From Minisyncoccota bacterium (lineage in GTDB: Bacteria; Patescibacteriota; Patescibacteriia; Patescibacteriales; UBA12465), in contig JAIPJA010000004.1 in NCBI GenBank assembly GCA_021734405.1, positions 1 to 50,904 on the forward strand: 50,904 nt of DNA. The letters are read 5' to 3'. The position numbers and the translations under genes are program-made. The notes beneath the pieces are model-generated. The model had not been told where the DNA came from, made no database searches, and saw only the letters and a program-made list of their open reading frames with translations. Shown here piece after piece: positions 39,471-49,559 of the stretch; positions within the stretch are counted from its first letter, which is position 1; the number at the start of each line of letters is the position of its first letter.

Positions 39471-40127
39471 ATGTCTAGAAATTTTTCAAAACATTCTTCT
39501 AAGAGCTCAGATTTTAAGAATCAAAAAGTAGCTATTATTATTTTAGCTGTGTGTTCTTTAGCTATTATTTTATTTAGCTTTTGGCAATTAAAGGATTCTA
39601 TTTATGGTCCTTTTTCTTTTGAAGATCAGTATCAGCAATTAGCTAGTTTGGATAATTTACCTCAAGGTACTTGCCAAGGAGAAAACTGTGTCAATGAAGA
39701 AGAGTTGAAAAATAAAGATACAGATGGAGATGGCTTAAATGACTGGGAAGAGTTAAATTTTTATATGACCTCTCCTTATTTAGAAGACACTGATAGCGAT
39801 GGCATAAATGATAAGCTGGAAGTTGAAAGCAATTCTAACCCCAATTGTCCCAGTGGGCAAAATTGTGATCAAGCAGAAATAGTAAGCACTAATAATGATT
39901 TACAAAATGCATTACTTGATTTACAGCTTCAAGATGAGCAAATACAATTAGACCTTAATACTACTGGAGATAATCCTTTAGAAGCTATTATAAGCGGGGA
40001 GGCTGATGCTAATTCTTTAAGAAGTCTTTTAATTGAAGCTGGCATGGAAGCTGATATGGTCAACGCTTTTACTGATGAAGAACTATTAACCATTTATAAC
40101 GAGACTCTCTCTGAACAGTCTTTTTAG
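39471..40127 (+). CDS. Membrane-anchored protein with Ca-binding TSP3-like DxDxDG repeats
   Basis: One TM helix; DTDGDGLNDWEE and DTDSDGINDKLEV; two Cys pairs. Confidence 0.8.
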   Translation: MSRNFSKHSSKSSDFKNQKVAIIILAVCSLAIILFSFWQLKDSIYGPFSFEDQYQQLASLDNLPQGTCQGENCVNEEELKNKDTDGDGLNDWEELNFYMTSPYLEDTDSDGINDKLEVESNSNPNCPSGQNCDQAEIVSTNNDLQNALLDLQLQDEQIQLDLNTTGDNPLEAIISGEADANSLRSLLIEAGMEADMVNAFTDEELLTIYNETLSEQSF

Positions 40128-40146
40128 TATTTTTTAAATAAAAACA

Positions 40147-43100
40147 ATGAAAAAACAAGAGCGTAATTTTTTTAGAAAAAAAGTAATTGTTAAAGTACTT
40201 ATTCTTTTTATTTTATCAGTTTTAATATTTTCACCAGCTAAACCCGCTAAAGCTCAGGCTGCTGTTGGTATTTTAAGCTCTATTCCGCAAACCTTTAGTG
40301 ATTTATGGAAAAATGCTAAACAGTTGGCAAAAGACGCCCTTAATCAAACGGCTTCTATGGCTTTAAATAGGACAATTAGAAATACTTTAAATAGATTAGC
40401 TTATGATGCTGCTGAAGATTTAATGAGTGGGGGAGAGGGGCAACAACCTAAAATAGTTACTAAAAACTGGGGTGATTATTTTAAAGATATAGGTGATGCA
40501 GCTGCTGGAGATTTCTTGGATGGTTTAAATTCTTGGACTAAAATGGATTTATGTGAACCTAATTTAGATGTTAAATTAGGTATTGGTTTAGGTTTAGAAA
40601 GACAAATAAGGCCAGCAGAGCCAAATTGTAAAGCTAGTACTATGGTAAATGCCTGGAAAGATGAATATCAAAGGCTTCGTGATATGCAAAGCGAGGATTT
40701 TATGCAAAAATTTATGGGGTTTTTAAAACCTGAAGCTAATAGTTTAACTGTGAGTTTAAGCGTTTTTCAAGGTTTAGAAGAAAAGAAAACTGTGGCTTAT
40801 GAAGATGCCAAAAATTATACTACTGCTACTCAAGGGGAAAGCCAAGATGCTACTACTGATGCCGGAGATCAACAAACTGATTTAGCTGGCAGGGCTCGTT
40901 GGAAATCATTATCAGCTGAAGAGCAATTAAATGAGAGTATAGGTAAATTTACTGGTAATGCCTTAGTGGACGCTGCTAATGTCTTTTTAAATCAATTGGC
41001 TTTAAAAGCTTATGAAAAAGGGATGAAGGCTTTAATGGATAGAGGCGATAATAGTTCAGTGGCCTCTAATGTTACGAGGGAGTCTAATTTTTTAAATCCT
41101 GAAGCAGACAGTTCTAGTGTTAATAGAGCCAAGGTTCAAGCTGAGCTTAGAGAAATTCTTGAACCCCGTTTCGATACTAGGGGTGATTTTGATATTTTAG
41201 CCACACTTTCAACTTGTCCAGATTTGGGTAACACTAAAAATCCTATATCAGCTGATAATTGTGTTATTGATGAAGACTTTAGAGAAGCAATAGCTGATCA
41301 AAAAACTGTAGGTGAAGCCATGGAAAGTGGCTATCTTCATAAAGACTGGGTTTTTGGTGGAGCCGTAATTAGTTCAAAAATAAACTATAATGAGGGTTAT
41401 TCAGCTAGATCACTGATGATACTTAGGAAATATAGAATTATTCCTTTAGGCTGGGAAGAAGCTTTAAATAGAGCTTATAAAACAGGAGGCGTGACTGCTA
41501 CCTTACAAGACTTAGTGTCCTGTTTTGATCCTAATGATAAATATAATACCTTTAGCCAGGGATTTCCTGTAAATGCTGGTTGGTGTCAAGGACTGGTTGA
41601 TCCAAAATGGGTCTTAAAGGCCCCGTCTAATTATTGTGCTAAGCTAGGTAATGGTTATGTTTTATCTGAAGAAGTAATGCCAGCTACAGGGGATGAAGAA
41701 AATAGGGAAGACAGTCAGTTACATGTAACTAGAAATACAGATTATTGTGCTGATAGTCAAAGCTGTATTAAAGAAAAAAGTGATGGTACTTGTGAGGCCT
41801 ATGGCTATTGTACTGAAGAAAAAAGAACTTGGAATTTTAATAGTGATGATTGTGAGCCAGTCTATAACACTTGTGAAACCTTTAAGAAGGTAGGGGATGG
41901 ACAAAGCGTGTCTTATTTAAAAAATACTTTAAATTATGCTGGTTGTGATGCTGACAGTGTAGGTTGTAAGAGTTATGCTGATACTGGTATATATTTTGCT
42001 GATAATGATAATTTAAAATGGAATTCTAGTAGTTTGTTATTTTTAAATCATAATACTGAGAGTTGTATAGAAGAAGATGAGGGCTGTGATGAGCTTATAC
42101 GAATTAGAGATAATTACGGTCATAACTTTATAACTAACGGTAATTTTGAACAGACTGATGAAAAGTATTGGTGGAATTGTGAGCAGGGTACCTATGATAA
42201 TTGTTTAGATTCAGGCTATAGAAGCCTTAAGTCAGGTATTATAGGTACTAATTATTTAGATGATTTGATAAGTGATTTTGAAGTTGAGGTTGGTCCTTCA
42301 GACTATAACATCTCTGGCAATACTTATACTTTTTCTTTTTATGCCAAAGATTGTTCGGATGATGATGCTTTTGGTTTTAAAGGTACATTTAACAATAATC
42401 CTATAATTTTAACAGAAGATAATTTAACTGATAGTACTTCTTGGAAATATTATCGACTTTCCTATACTTTTCCAGCTGGTCAGTATTTAGGCAATACAGT
42501 TAGAGTTTTTATTACCCCTGACAGTGAGTGTACTGTTGATCAATTAAAGTTAGAGTTAGGTAATAAAGGTACAGTTTATACTGAATATGGATATAGTAAT
42601 TTGTTTTATCAAAAAATGTTGCCTGAGTATATGTGGGAGACTTGTTATGTTAACCCTTATTCTGGTAATACTGATTTTAGTTTGAAAAATGATGCTCCTG
42701 ATGTTTGTGATGATTTTGCTAGAATGTGTAATGAAGATGAGGTTGGTTGTGATATGTATACTTCAGTTAAAAACCCGACTGATCAAGTAGCTGCTAAAGT
42801 AGCCACTTCTGATTATTGTAGGGAAGAATGTAATAATTACGACTTATATATTCAGCAAGATAATTATTTATTTTCTAAAAAAACGGAAACTTTTATTCTA
42901 GAAACAGCCGATACTTGTTCGGCTTCAGTTGTAGGTTGCAGTGAGTTTACTAACTTAGATAAATTAGCTCAAGGCGGAGAAGCTAAAGAGTACTATAAAA
43001 CTCTAAGGCAATGTATTGAGCCAGCTTCAGGCTCCTGTGCTAATTTCTACACCTGGGAAGGCTCAGCAGAAAGTGGTTATCAATTAAAGTCATATACTTT

Positions 43101-46100
43101 AAAAACAGGCGCTGGTAATGAACCAGCTGTGACTGAAATAGACAATGCTTTATGTAATGAAACAATATTTAAACGTTTACCAGGTCATCCTGAATATAAT
43201 CCAGATTGTTATGAGTTTTATAATACTGATGGAGATACCAGTTATCATTTATATTCTAGAACTATAACCTGTTCAGATAATTGTCACCCCTATAGATTAA
43301 GTGATAAAAATATTGATTATGAATATAGTCAAGCTGAGTGTAATGCTTTAGGAAATCAGGCAAATTGGAATAGCAATGAGGAAGTTTGTTATTACTGTAA
43401 AAATAATGGCAAATGGGATAGTGCTCAACAGGCTTGTATATATCAAGCTGTCCCAGGACTAGGAGAAAGTTGTTTGGCTAGCGATAATAAGTGTAGGGAA
43501 TATAATGGTAACAGTGGTAGTAATGTTAGAATAGTTTCCAGTTATGATTTTAATGTTAGTAAGGAAGGGTGGTATACTCCTAGTTGTTATTTAGGCACTG
43601 TTCTTTCTTCAGAGTCTTTAAATAGAGGAGGTAAGTCTTTAAAGTTTCAATATGTAACTGACTGTGGGGAGACTCCAGCTAAAGCGCATCCTATTATAAA
43701 AACAGCTTTAGCGGCAGGAATGACAAATCCTATTATAGTAAATAAAGTAGGCACTAGCGTCAGACAAGGAAGATCTTATGTAATTAAATTTTTAGCTAAA
43801 GCCACAGAGGACATAAACTTAAAGGTTTATTTTGAAAATCAAGCTGAAGACACTCAAGAATTTAATGTGTTAGGAGGTGGTGAAGATGGTGTTACTGTTA
43901 TAGGGGATAATAACTGGCATTCTTATGAGCTTAACTTAGCTTCTTTAGATCACTCTGTAGGCCCAGATGAATTATTAGTGATAAAGGATGCAAATAATCC
44001 TTTTGTTGATGACTTTTTCTATATAGACGATATTGTCCTAACTGAAGTAACTGATAAGTATTATTTAATTGCTGATTCTTGGAATACACCAGAGAGTTGT
44101 TATTATGACATTATAGGTAACTATCAAGGGGTAAACTATAATTTAGGTTGTAGCTCTTATTTAAGTGGAGACAATTCCCTAGTTTATTTAAGACAGTTTA
44201 GTAAGCTGTGCCAGGATTCAGCCGTGGGCTGTGATTTAATGGTTGATACTAAAAATACCTCTGATTATTTAAGTAGTACCTATAATGATGAAGATGGTAA
44301 TGGTTGTGATAATGATGGAGAAGATTGTGTAGAAATAGAAGCAGATGAATATATTTACGCTGTCTATAGCCCAGATAAAACTTGCTCCGAAGGTGATAAA
44401 GGTTGTCAAAGACTAGGTGCTAGCTATAACTTAGGCGATGGTTTAACTTTTAGAGATATATATTTAAAAAATAATCCTGATAAATACGATAGCATTTTAT
44501 GTAGCGCTAGCACTGTTGATTGTGAGTCTTGGATAAACGATAGTGGTAATACAGTTTTCTTTAAAGATCCAGGCGAGCAAGTTTGCGAGTGGCGGCCTGA
44601 TAGCACTGGACAAAATTGGTCCTGGTTTAAAAAGACTAGCAAGCGTTGTGATGGTAATAATAATAAGATAGCTGATGAGTTTGAAAATATTTGTGTAAAT
44701 AGTTCTGATTGCTATATTAGCAATGCTACTTTAGATGAATGTAGTAGTGATGAAGATTGTCGCTTAAATGTTTGTAATAATGCAAGTGTTTGCACTTTAA
44801 GTGGTGTTAGTTGCGACCCTAATAATCCTTGTGATAATACTAATATTTGTGTCTCTGGCCATTGTGCTAATTCTTGTATAGGTGCTACTGAAGATTTTGA
44901 GTGTGACGTTGAGAGTGAAAAAACTTTTGGCTTTGGTGGTAGAGGTAATTTAGTTTATCAACCATCTGAGTGGACAGGGCTTTGTGAGGCTTCAGCTTCA
45001 ACCTGTACTGAATACATTGATCCTTTAAGTTCTTATGTGGTTGATGAGATTGTTAATCCTACTTTTTCTGATATGAATGGGGATGGTCAGTTGGGTGATT
45101 TTTGGAATCCTAATGTTAATAATGACTATGATCAAAATTTAGCTTTAAGAGCAAATAAAATTTATACCTTTGGTTTGGAGGTTTCTCCTAATCTTGTTGA
45201 CGATATTTCAGCTATTCCAGATAATATTATTAGTATTCAATGTGGTAATGGTGCGACTATGAGGCAAATAAAAACAGATAATACCTTAGATATAGTAACA
45301 CAAATTCTTGGTATAACTGGTGAGCAAGCTAATAATCATATAAATTTTAAATTTATCTCACCTCAAGAGGATGGCGCTTGCAAGGCTCATATATATACTA
45401 ATAATTTAGATGAGAATCAACAGAGAGGTATAAAATTTATATTAAAAGAGTCAGTTATTGATTATAGGTTAGCTAAAGAGTTAGATAGAAATTCTTGTAA
45501 CGGAATTACTGATATTGAAAATGGTTGTATATTATTTAATGAAAGAACTACTAGTGGGGATAGTTATAAGGAATTAACTTGGACCGCTTATGATAGCTAT
45601 ATTAGTTTTAACAAGGCTCCGCAACCAGGTGGCAGTTATGATGTCAAGAATGCCAATAGTTTAATAAAGGTGAGACCAGATAGAGTTTGTGCTTCTTGGT
45701 TAGCTTGTGAGAGTAGAGGTTTTGATAAAAATGGTAATGAAGTTTGTTATGACGTTATAGACTGTGATAGTTTAGATGTAAATGGTAATTGTGCTAATAG
45801 ACTTGAGTCACCAGAAGGTATTAGAACTTTTAATAGTTCTAGAGACAAAAATGCTTCTGGCTATAGTTTACTTGGCAGTTTCTTTATTAGCAACATGAAA
45901 GAGTTGGGTAATAATTTAGATAGTGCTCATTATGATTTTGAGACAGGTGAAGACCAATCTTTTACTGGTGATGATATTAGAATAATAATAGAACCTATAC
46001 CTGACCCTAGCATTGCAGTTAGTTATCCAGCTCATGGTTTAGGATTTTTAGAAATAAAAGGTAGTCAAGGAGCTTCTTCTTCAGTTTTAGCCGTGCAAAG

Positions 46101-48489
46101 GAACAAGAAGTATATAATAAATTATTTAGTAAATTCTTCTTCCTTAGTTTCAGGTGATAAGGTAGTTATGTCTATTATGGGAGTTGATAATTCTGGCAAT
46201 GAAGATACCATGTTCCAGGTGGAGCATGCAACTAGAGGCTGGGAAAGAAAGGTTTACGAATTTACTCCTACTTTTGCTGATAAAATAAGGATTAAGTTCA
46301 ATACCAAGACTGGAGTTCCTAACAATCCTTTCTACATAGATGATGTAAATATTGAAACAGCTTTAGTTTATAAAGAAGAAAATGGTAATAAAGACTATAT
46401 TTCTAAATCTTGTCGTCTTTATCCTAAGCAAGATAGTTTGAGTTGTCAGAGTACAGCTCAAAGTGTGATTGCTAATGGTTGGGAGGGTTATTGTCTACAA
46501 AGAGACCCTTATCACCCAGATATATGTTTAATGTGGTATCCAGTTGATGTTATAAGTAGCCAAACTGGCTCTACAGCTGAGAAGAATTCAGGTTATAAGG
46601 GTAAAACCCCTCTTTGGTATTGTACTGAGGCTGATGCTAATTTTGTGTTGGCGGAGAGGAGGTTGGGGGTTGAGATTGGTTATACTTTTTCCGATATATA
46701 TAATAATGGTCCTAATGGTTGTCCGGAGTATGACTGTGATATAAAGCCTCGTGAGAATTTTTCAGGTGGTACCTGGAATTGTCCAGACACCTCAACAAAT
46801 TGGCCTCAAAAAATTATATGTGAAGACAACTGTGACTCTAAATGTAGATCAGTTGCATCTAGTTTTTATGCTCCAGGGTTTAATTTTGAAAATGGTAGTG
46901 GGTGTGATAATTGTCAAAGTGCTCAGATAGTTGTGTATTGTGCAAGTCAAGAGGTCTGTGACACTATTGATCCTAATAATAATAATTTTTCAAAAAATTG
47001 GATAGTTAGTGCTCCAGGCAATGAATATCAGGAATATGTTTCCCCTGGGCATGTTGAATATTATTGCGGTAGCAATGAATATGTATTCATCCATGCACAG
47101 AGACCTAAATGCGCAGGAACAACTGAAGCTAATATAAATAGAGTTTGTTTGCCAGATGGACAGGATTTATTACAAGAAATAGATAATTTAAATTTTGAAG
47201 ATCCTGATTTTGAAATTTGTCAAGATCCGCAGACTCCAGATAATAATATTGATCATTTTATTTGTGAGAGAGGACAAAAATGTAACCAAATTCCACGTTT
47301 TAATGAAGGCTGGTATCCTTATGAGGGAGATATAGAGCAACTATTGGAAGAAATAAGACCAGAAGATGTTTATTATGGCGAAAGTATTCCCGGGGAGGAT
47401 AAGCTTAAAGTTTATGATTATAATACAAGTAGTTTATATAATCTAAACCAATATGAGTTTGAATGTAATAAGATGGTGCAAGTAGTTGAGTCTAATGGTA
47501 ATAATACAGCTTGGGCAGTTAGATCTCAAGATAGCACTGTTACTTCAACTCCAGCTTTTTTCTTAAATCCATATTATACTGATTTACAAGGTTACGGCTA
47601 TGATGCTTCTGACCCTCCTTTTGGTTCAGCCTCTTTACAATCTGGCTGGAATGACAATGCTGTGAATTTTAGAGTAAGGGTTAATTATCAAAATAGTACT
47701 TCGTTTGCTGGCTTGCCTTACGGTTGCAATGACCAAGGCACTGGAAGCTGTGCAAGGCTGGGATTTTGTAGTGATGCCCCTGAAGTTTTATGTATATATA
47801 ATGATAATAAGGTGGATGAGCTAGTTTGTGCGAATGGTACTTGCGAACTGTTAGGTTTGAAGCCTAGTTATACCTTTGATAATGCTAAAGAGATTTTAAA
47901 AACCTTTTTCTTAAAAACATATAGCACTTTAGAGTTTAATGACAGTAAATGGGTGGCTGACAATGATCCTAATAGTGGCTTTGATTTCAGTTATCCAGGA
48001 AGCCCCACTACAACTAGTATTTTTGCTGTTGGGGGTATGTGTGAAGATGGAGAAAGGACTGACCAAAACGCTTGGTGTTATATACCTCCGGAAATAGAAA
48101 ACATTAGACTGGAAAAAGATGGTGCTACAGTTGATTTAGTACAAGAAGGAGCAACCAGTGGCTACGACGTTGTACAATCAGGTGAATATCAGTTGAAGTT
48201 TAATACTATAATTGATAGAGAGCAAGCACCTTTAGGAGATATTATTATTGATTGGGGTGAAGGACCGGCTCAGACTATTTCTAATCAAGACTATCATCCT
48301 GACCCAGATTTCCCTCATATTATTACTCATAGCTACATTAACCCTAGTGGGCTTAAGAATATAAAAATTCAGATATCAGATAACTGGGGCTTTAATCGTT
48401 GTTGTGCTCCGTCACACGATACACCTTGTACATATAGAGATCTTAATAGTGTCACTTGTCCGGATCAGTGTCCTTGCGACGCTAGTTAA
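40147..48489 (+). CDS. Giant (2780 aa) exported Cys-rich surface protein with CBM4/9-like and PKD-like domains
   Basis: Signal peptide ending AKA-Q; about 110 Cys by hand count; NFITNGNFE..YTFSFYAK..W..Y..VDQLKLE and FYIDD motifs; C-terminal IDWGEG..HSY..I.DNWG. Confidence 0.85.
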   Translation: MKKQERNFFRKKVIVKVLILFILSVLIFSPAKPAKAQAAVGILSSIPQTFSDLWKNAKQLAKDALNQTASMALNRTIRNTLNRLAYDAAEDLMSGGEGQQPKIVTKNWGDYFKDIGDAAAGDFLDGLNSWTKMDLCEPNLDVKLGIGLGLERQIRPAEPNCKASTMVNAWKDEYQRLRDMQSEDFMQKFMGFLKPEANSLTVSLSVFQGLEEKKTVAYEDAKNYTTATQGESQDATTDAGDQQTDLAGRARWKSLSAEEQLNESIGKFTGNALVDAANVFLNQLALKAYEKGMKALMDRGDNSSVASNVTRESNFLNPEADSSSVNRAKVQAELREILEPRFDTRGDFDILATLSTCPDLGNTKNPISADNCVIDEDFREAIADQKTVGEAMESGYLHKDWVFGGAVISSKINYNEGYSARSLMILRKYRIIPLGWEEALNRAYKTGGVTATLQDLVSCFDPNDKYNTFSQGFPVNAGWCQGLVDPKWVLKAPSNYCAKLGNGYVLSEEVMPATGDEENREDSQLHVTRNTDYCADSQSCIKEKSDGTCEAYGYCTEEKRTWNFNSDDCEPVYNTCETFKKVGDGQSVSYLKNTLNYAGCDADSVGCKSYADTGIYFADNDNLKWNSSSLLFLNHNTESCIEEDEGCDELIRIRDNYGHNFITNGNFEQTDEKYWWNCEQGTYDNCLDSGYRSLKSGIIGTNYLDDLISDFEVEVGPSDYNISGNTYTFSFYAKDCSDDDAFGFKGTFNNNPIILTEDNLTDSTSWKYYRLSYTFPAGQYLGNTVRVFITPDSECTVDQLKLELGNKGTVYTEYGYSNLFYQKMLPEYMWETCYVNPYSGNTDFSLKNDAPDVCDDFARMCNEDEVGCDMYTSVKNPTDQVAAKVATSDYCREECNNYDLYIQQDNYLFSKKTETFILETADTCSASVVGCSEFTNLDKLAQGGEAKEYYKTLRQCIEPASGSCANFYTWEGSAESGYQLKSYTLKTGAGNEPAVTEIDNALCNETIFKRLPGHPEYNPDCYEFYNTDGDTSYHLYSRTITCSDNCHPYRLSDKNIDYEYSQAECNALGNQANWNSNEEVCYYCKNNGKWDSAQQACIYQAVPGLGESCLASDNKCREYNGNSGSNVRIVSSYDFNVSKEGWYTPSCYLGTVLSSESLNRGGKSLKFQYVTDCGETPAKAHPIIKTALAAGMTNPIIVNKVGTSVRQGRSYVIKFLAKATEDINLKVYFENQAEDTQEFNVLGGGEDGVTVIGDNNWHSYELNLASLDHSVGPDELLVIKDANNPFVDDFFYIDDIVLTEVTDKYYLIADSWNTPESCYYDIIGNYQGVNYNLGCSSYLSGDNSLVYLRQFSKLCQDSAVGCDLMVDTKNTSDYLSSTYNDEDGNGCDNDGEDCVEIEADEYIYAVYSPDKTCSEGDKGCQRLGASYNLGDGLTFRDIYLKNNPDKYDSILCSASTVDCESWINDSGNTVFFKDPGEQVCEWRPDSTGQNWSWFKKTSKRCDGNNNKIADEFENICVNSSDCYISNATLDECSSDEDCRLNVCNNASVCTLSGVSCDPNNPCDNTNICVSGHCANSCIGATEDFECDVESEKTFGFGGRGNLVYQPSEWTGLCEASASTCTEYIDPLSSYVVDEIVNPTFSDMNGDGQLGDFWNPNVNNDYDQNLALRANKIYTFGLEVSPNLVDDISAIPDNIISIQCGNGATMRQIKTDNTLDIVTQILGITGEQANNHINFKFISPQEDGACKAHIYTNNLDENQQRGIKFILKESVIDYRLAKELDRNSCNGITDIENGCILFNERTTSGDSYKELTWTAYDSYISFNKAPQPGGSYDVKNANSLIKVRPDRVCASWLACESRGFDKNGNEVCYDVIDCDSLDVNGNCANRLESPEGIRTFNSSRDKNASGYSLLGSFFISNMKELGNNLDSAHYDFETGEDQSFTGDDIRIIIEPIPDPSIAVSYPAHGLGFLEIKGSQGASSSVLAVQRNKKYIINYLVNSSSLVSGDKVVMSIMGVDNSGNEDTMFQVEHATRGWERKVYEFTPTFADKIRIKFNTKTGVPNNPFYIDDVNIETALVYKEENGNKDYISKSCRLYPKQDSLSCQSTAQSVIANGWEGYCLQRDPYHPDICLMWYPVDVISSQTGSTAEKNSGYKGKTPLWYCTEADANFVLAERRLGVEIGYTFSDIYNNGPNGCPEYDCDIKPRENFSGGTWNCPDTSTNWPQKIICEDNCDSKCRSVASSFYAPGFNFENGSGCDNCQSAQIVVYCASQEVCDTIDPNNNNFSKNWIVSAPGNEYQEYVSPGHVEYYCGSNEYVFIHAQRPKCAGTTEANINRVCLPDGQDLLQEIDNLNFEDPDFEICQDPQTPDNNIDHFICERGQKCNQIPRFNEGWYPYEGDIEQLLEEIRPEDVYYGESIPGEDKLKVYDYNTSSLYNLNQYEFECNKMVQVVESNGNNTAWAVRSQDSTVTSTPAFFLNPYYTDLQGYGYDASDPPFGSASLQSGWNDNAVNFRVRVNYQNSTSFAGLPYGCNDQGTGSCARLGFCSDAPEVLCIYNDNKVDELVCANGTCELLGLKPSYTFDNAKEILKTFFLKTYSTLEFNDSKWVADNDPNSGFDFSYPGSPTTTSIFAVGGMCEDGERTDQNAWCYIPPEIENIRLEKDGATVDLVQEGATSGYDVVQSGEYQLKFNTIIDREQAPLGDIIIDWGEGPAQTISNQDYHPDPDFPHIITHSYINPSGLKNIKIQISDNWGFNRCCAPSHDTPCTYRDLNSVTCPDQCPCDAS

Positions 48490-48497
48490 ATAGAGGT

Positions 48498-48506
48498 TGT
48501 GGATAA
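48498..48506 (-). promoter_or_regulatory. Single perfect DnaA box
   Basis: TGTGGATAA is the reverse complement of TTATCCACA; intergenic. Confidence 0.4.
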
Positions 48507-48589
48507 AAATCTTTACACATTTTTAAATATGTGGTAAATTATATTTAGAAATAGATTCTTTAACATAAAATAAAAAAACGGAGGTTAAA

Positions 48590-48979
48590 ATGAAAACTAT
48601 ACTTGTTGTATTTCTTAGCTTTATAATGATGTTTCTGGGTTGCGGTAAAGATGAGCCAGTCAACCCGGACCCACCTGTTCCCAACCCGGAGTATATTATT
48701 ATCACGGTCAGAGCTGTTGATTCGCAGCTATTTGATTCTAAAATAGCCGTGCCAGCTTTAAACATGGAAAATAATTCGATGTCACGTGTAAATGATGACG
48801 ACCCTACTAGGGAGAAAAAAGTCGTATTCTCTTATGACGATTTCCATAACACCAGTCAGCTGGTTAAAGTCATGCTGATATTAGACCCTAATGGTGATGG
48901 AAAATCCCCTTGGGAGATTGTAGAACTCGAACAAAACATTTTAATTGACGAGGACAAGGTAATTGTCTTTAGTCAATGA
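48590..48979 (+). CDS. Lipoprotein, copy 1
   Basis: Lipobox FLG-C, Pro-rich linker, DPNGDG loop; GGAGG at 48580-48584. Confidence 0.85.
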   Translation: MKTILVVFLSFIMMFLGCGKDEPVNPDPPVPNPEYIIITVRAVDSQLFDSKIAVPALNMENNSMSRVNDDDPTREKKVVFSYDDFHNTSQLVKVMLILDPNGDGKSPWEIVELEQNILIDEDKVIVFSQ

Positions 48980-49006
48980 AATGAGAAACATGTAACCCTC
49001 CTTTAT

Positions 49007-49038
49007 AACCCAGGTTGTTTTTTATACCTGGGTTTTTT
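49007..49038 (+). terminator. Intrinsic terminator, unit 1
   Basis: AACCCAGGT 49007-49015 / ACCTGGGTT 49026-49034 followed by Ts. Confidence 0.85.
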
Positions 49039-49120
49039 CCTGCCAAAAATTAATGTATTGTGATATTATTTAACTAATTAAAATAGATTCTTTAACATAA
49101 AACAAAAATGGAGGTATATT

Positions 49121-49510
49121 ATGAAACTTATATCTATTGTATTTTTGAGCTTTATGATGTTGTTTATGGGTTGCGAAAAAGATCCCGTGGATCCCGATCC
49201 ACCGGTTCCGCCTAATCCGGAGTTTATTACCTTAACGGTAAGAGCTGTTGATTCACATTTGCTTACTTCTAAATTAGCTGTGCCAGCTTTAGGCATGGAG
49301 AATAGAGTGATGCCAGCCGTGAGTCTTGACCCTGTGGTCACCGAGAAAAAGATTTTTTTTGATTATGAAGATTTTCATAACACTAGCCAGCTGATTAAAG
49401 TAGAGTTTATTCTCGATCCCGACGGTGACGGTAAAGCACCTTATGAGGTGTTTGAACTCGAACAAACGGTTCTTATTGACGAAGATAAGGTAATTGTCTT
49501 TAGTCAATAA
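49121..49510 (+). CDS. Lipoprotein, copy 2 (paralog of 48590-48979)
   Basis: Lipobox FMG-C; shares TVRAVDS, AVPAL.MEN, DFHNTSQL and IDEDKVIVFSQ with copy 1; GGAGG at 49110-49114. Confidence 0.85.
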   Translation: MKLISIVFLSFMMLFMGCEKDPVDPDPPVPPNPEFITLTVRAVDSHLLTSKLAVPALGMENRVMPAVSLDPVVTEKKIFFDYEDFHNTSQLIKVEFILDPDGDGKAPYEVFELEQTVLIDEDKVIVFSQ

Positions 49511-49528
49511 CATGTAATCCTCCTTCAT

Positions 49529-49559
49529 AACCCAGGTGTTTCTTATACCTGGGTTTTTT
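49529..49559 (+). terminator. Intrinsic terminator, unit 2
   Basis: AACCCAGGT 49529-49537 / ACCTGGGTT 49547-49555 followed by Ts. Confidence 0.85.

Noticed and set aside
1452-44642. Short ORFs antisense to or nested in long genes (e.g. 1452-1634, 2610-2954, 9452-9718, 14224-14511, 30246-30458, 32752-33066, 44424-44642)
   Set aside because: They lie within well-supported genes and have no family motifs; they are shadow ORFs.
48498-48506. Replication origin
   Set aside because: Only one DnaA box is present, with no cluster and no dnaA/dnaN nearby.
40147-49510. Diversity-generating retroelement acting on the surface proteins
   Set aside because: No reverse transcriptase is present, and differences between the lipoprotein copies are not confined to adenines.
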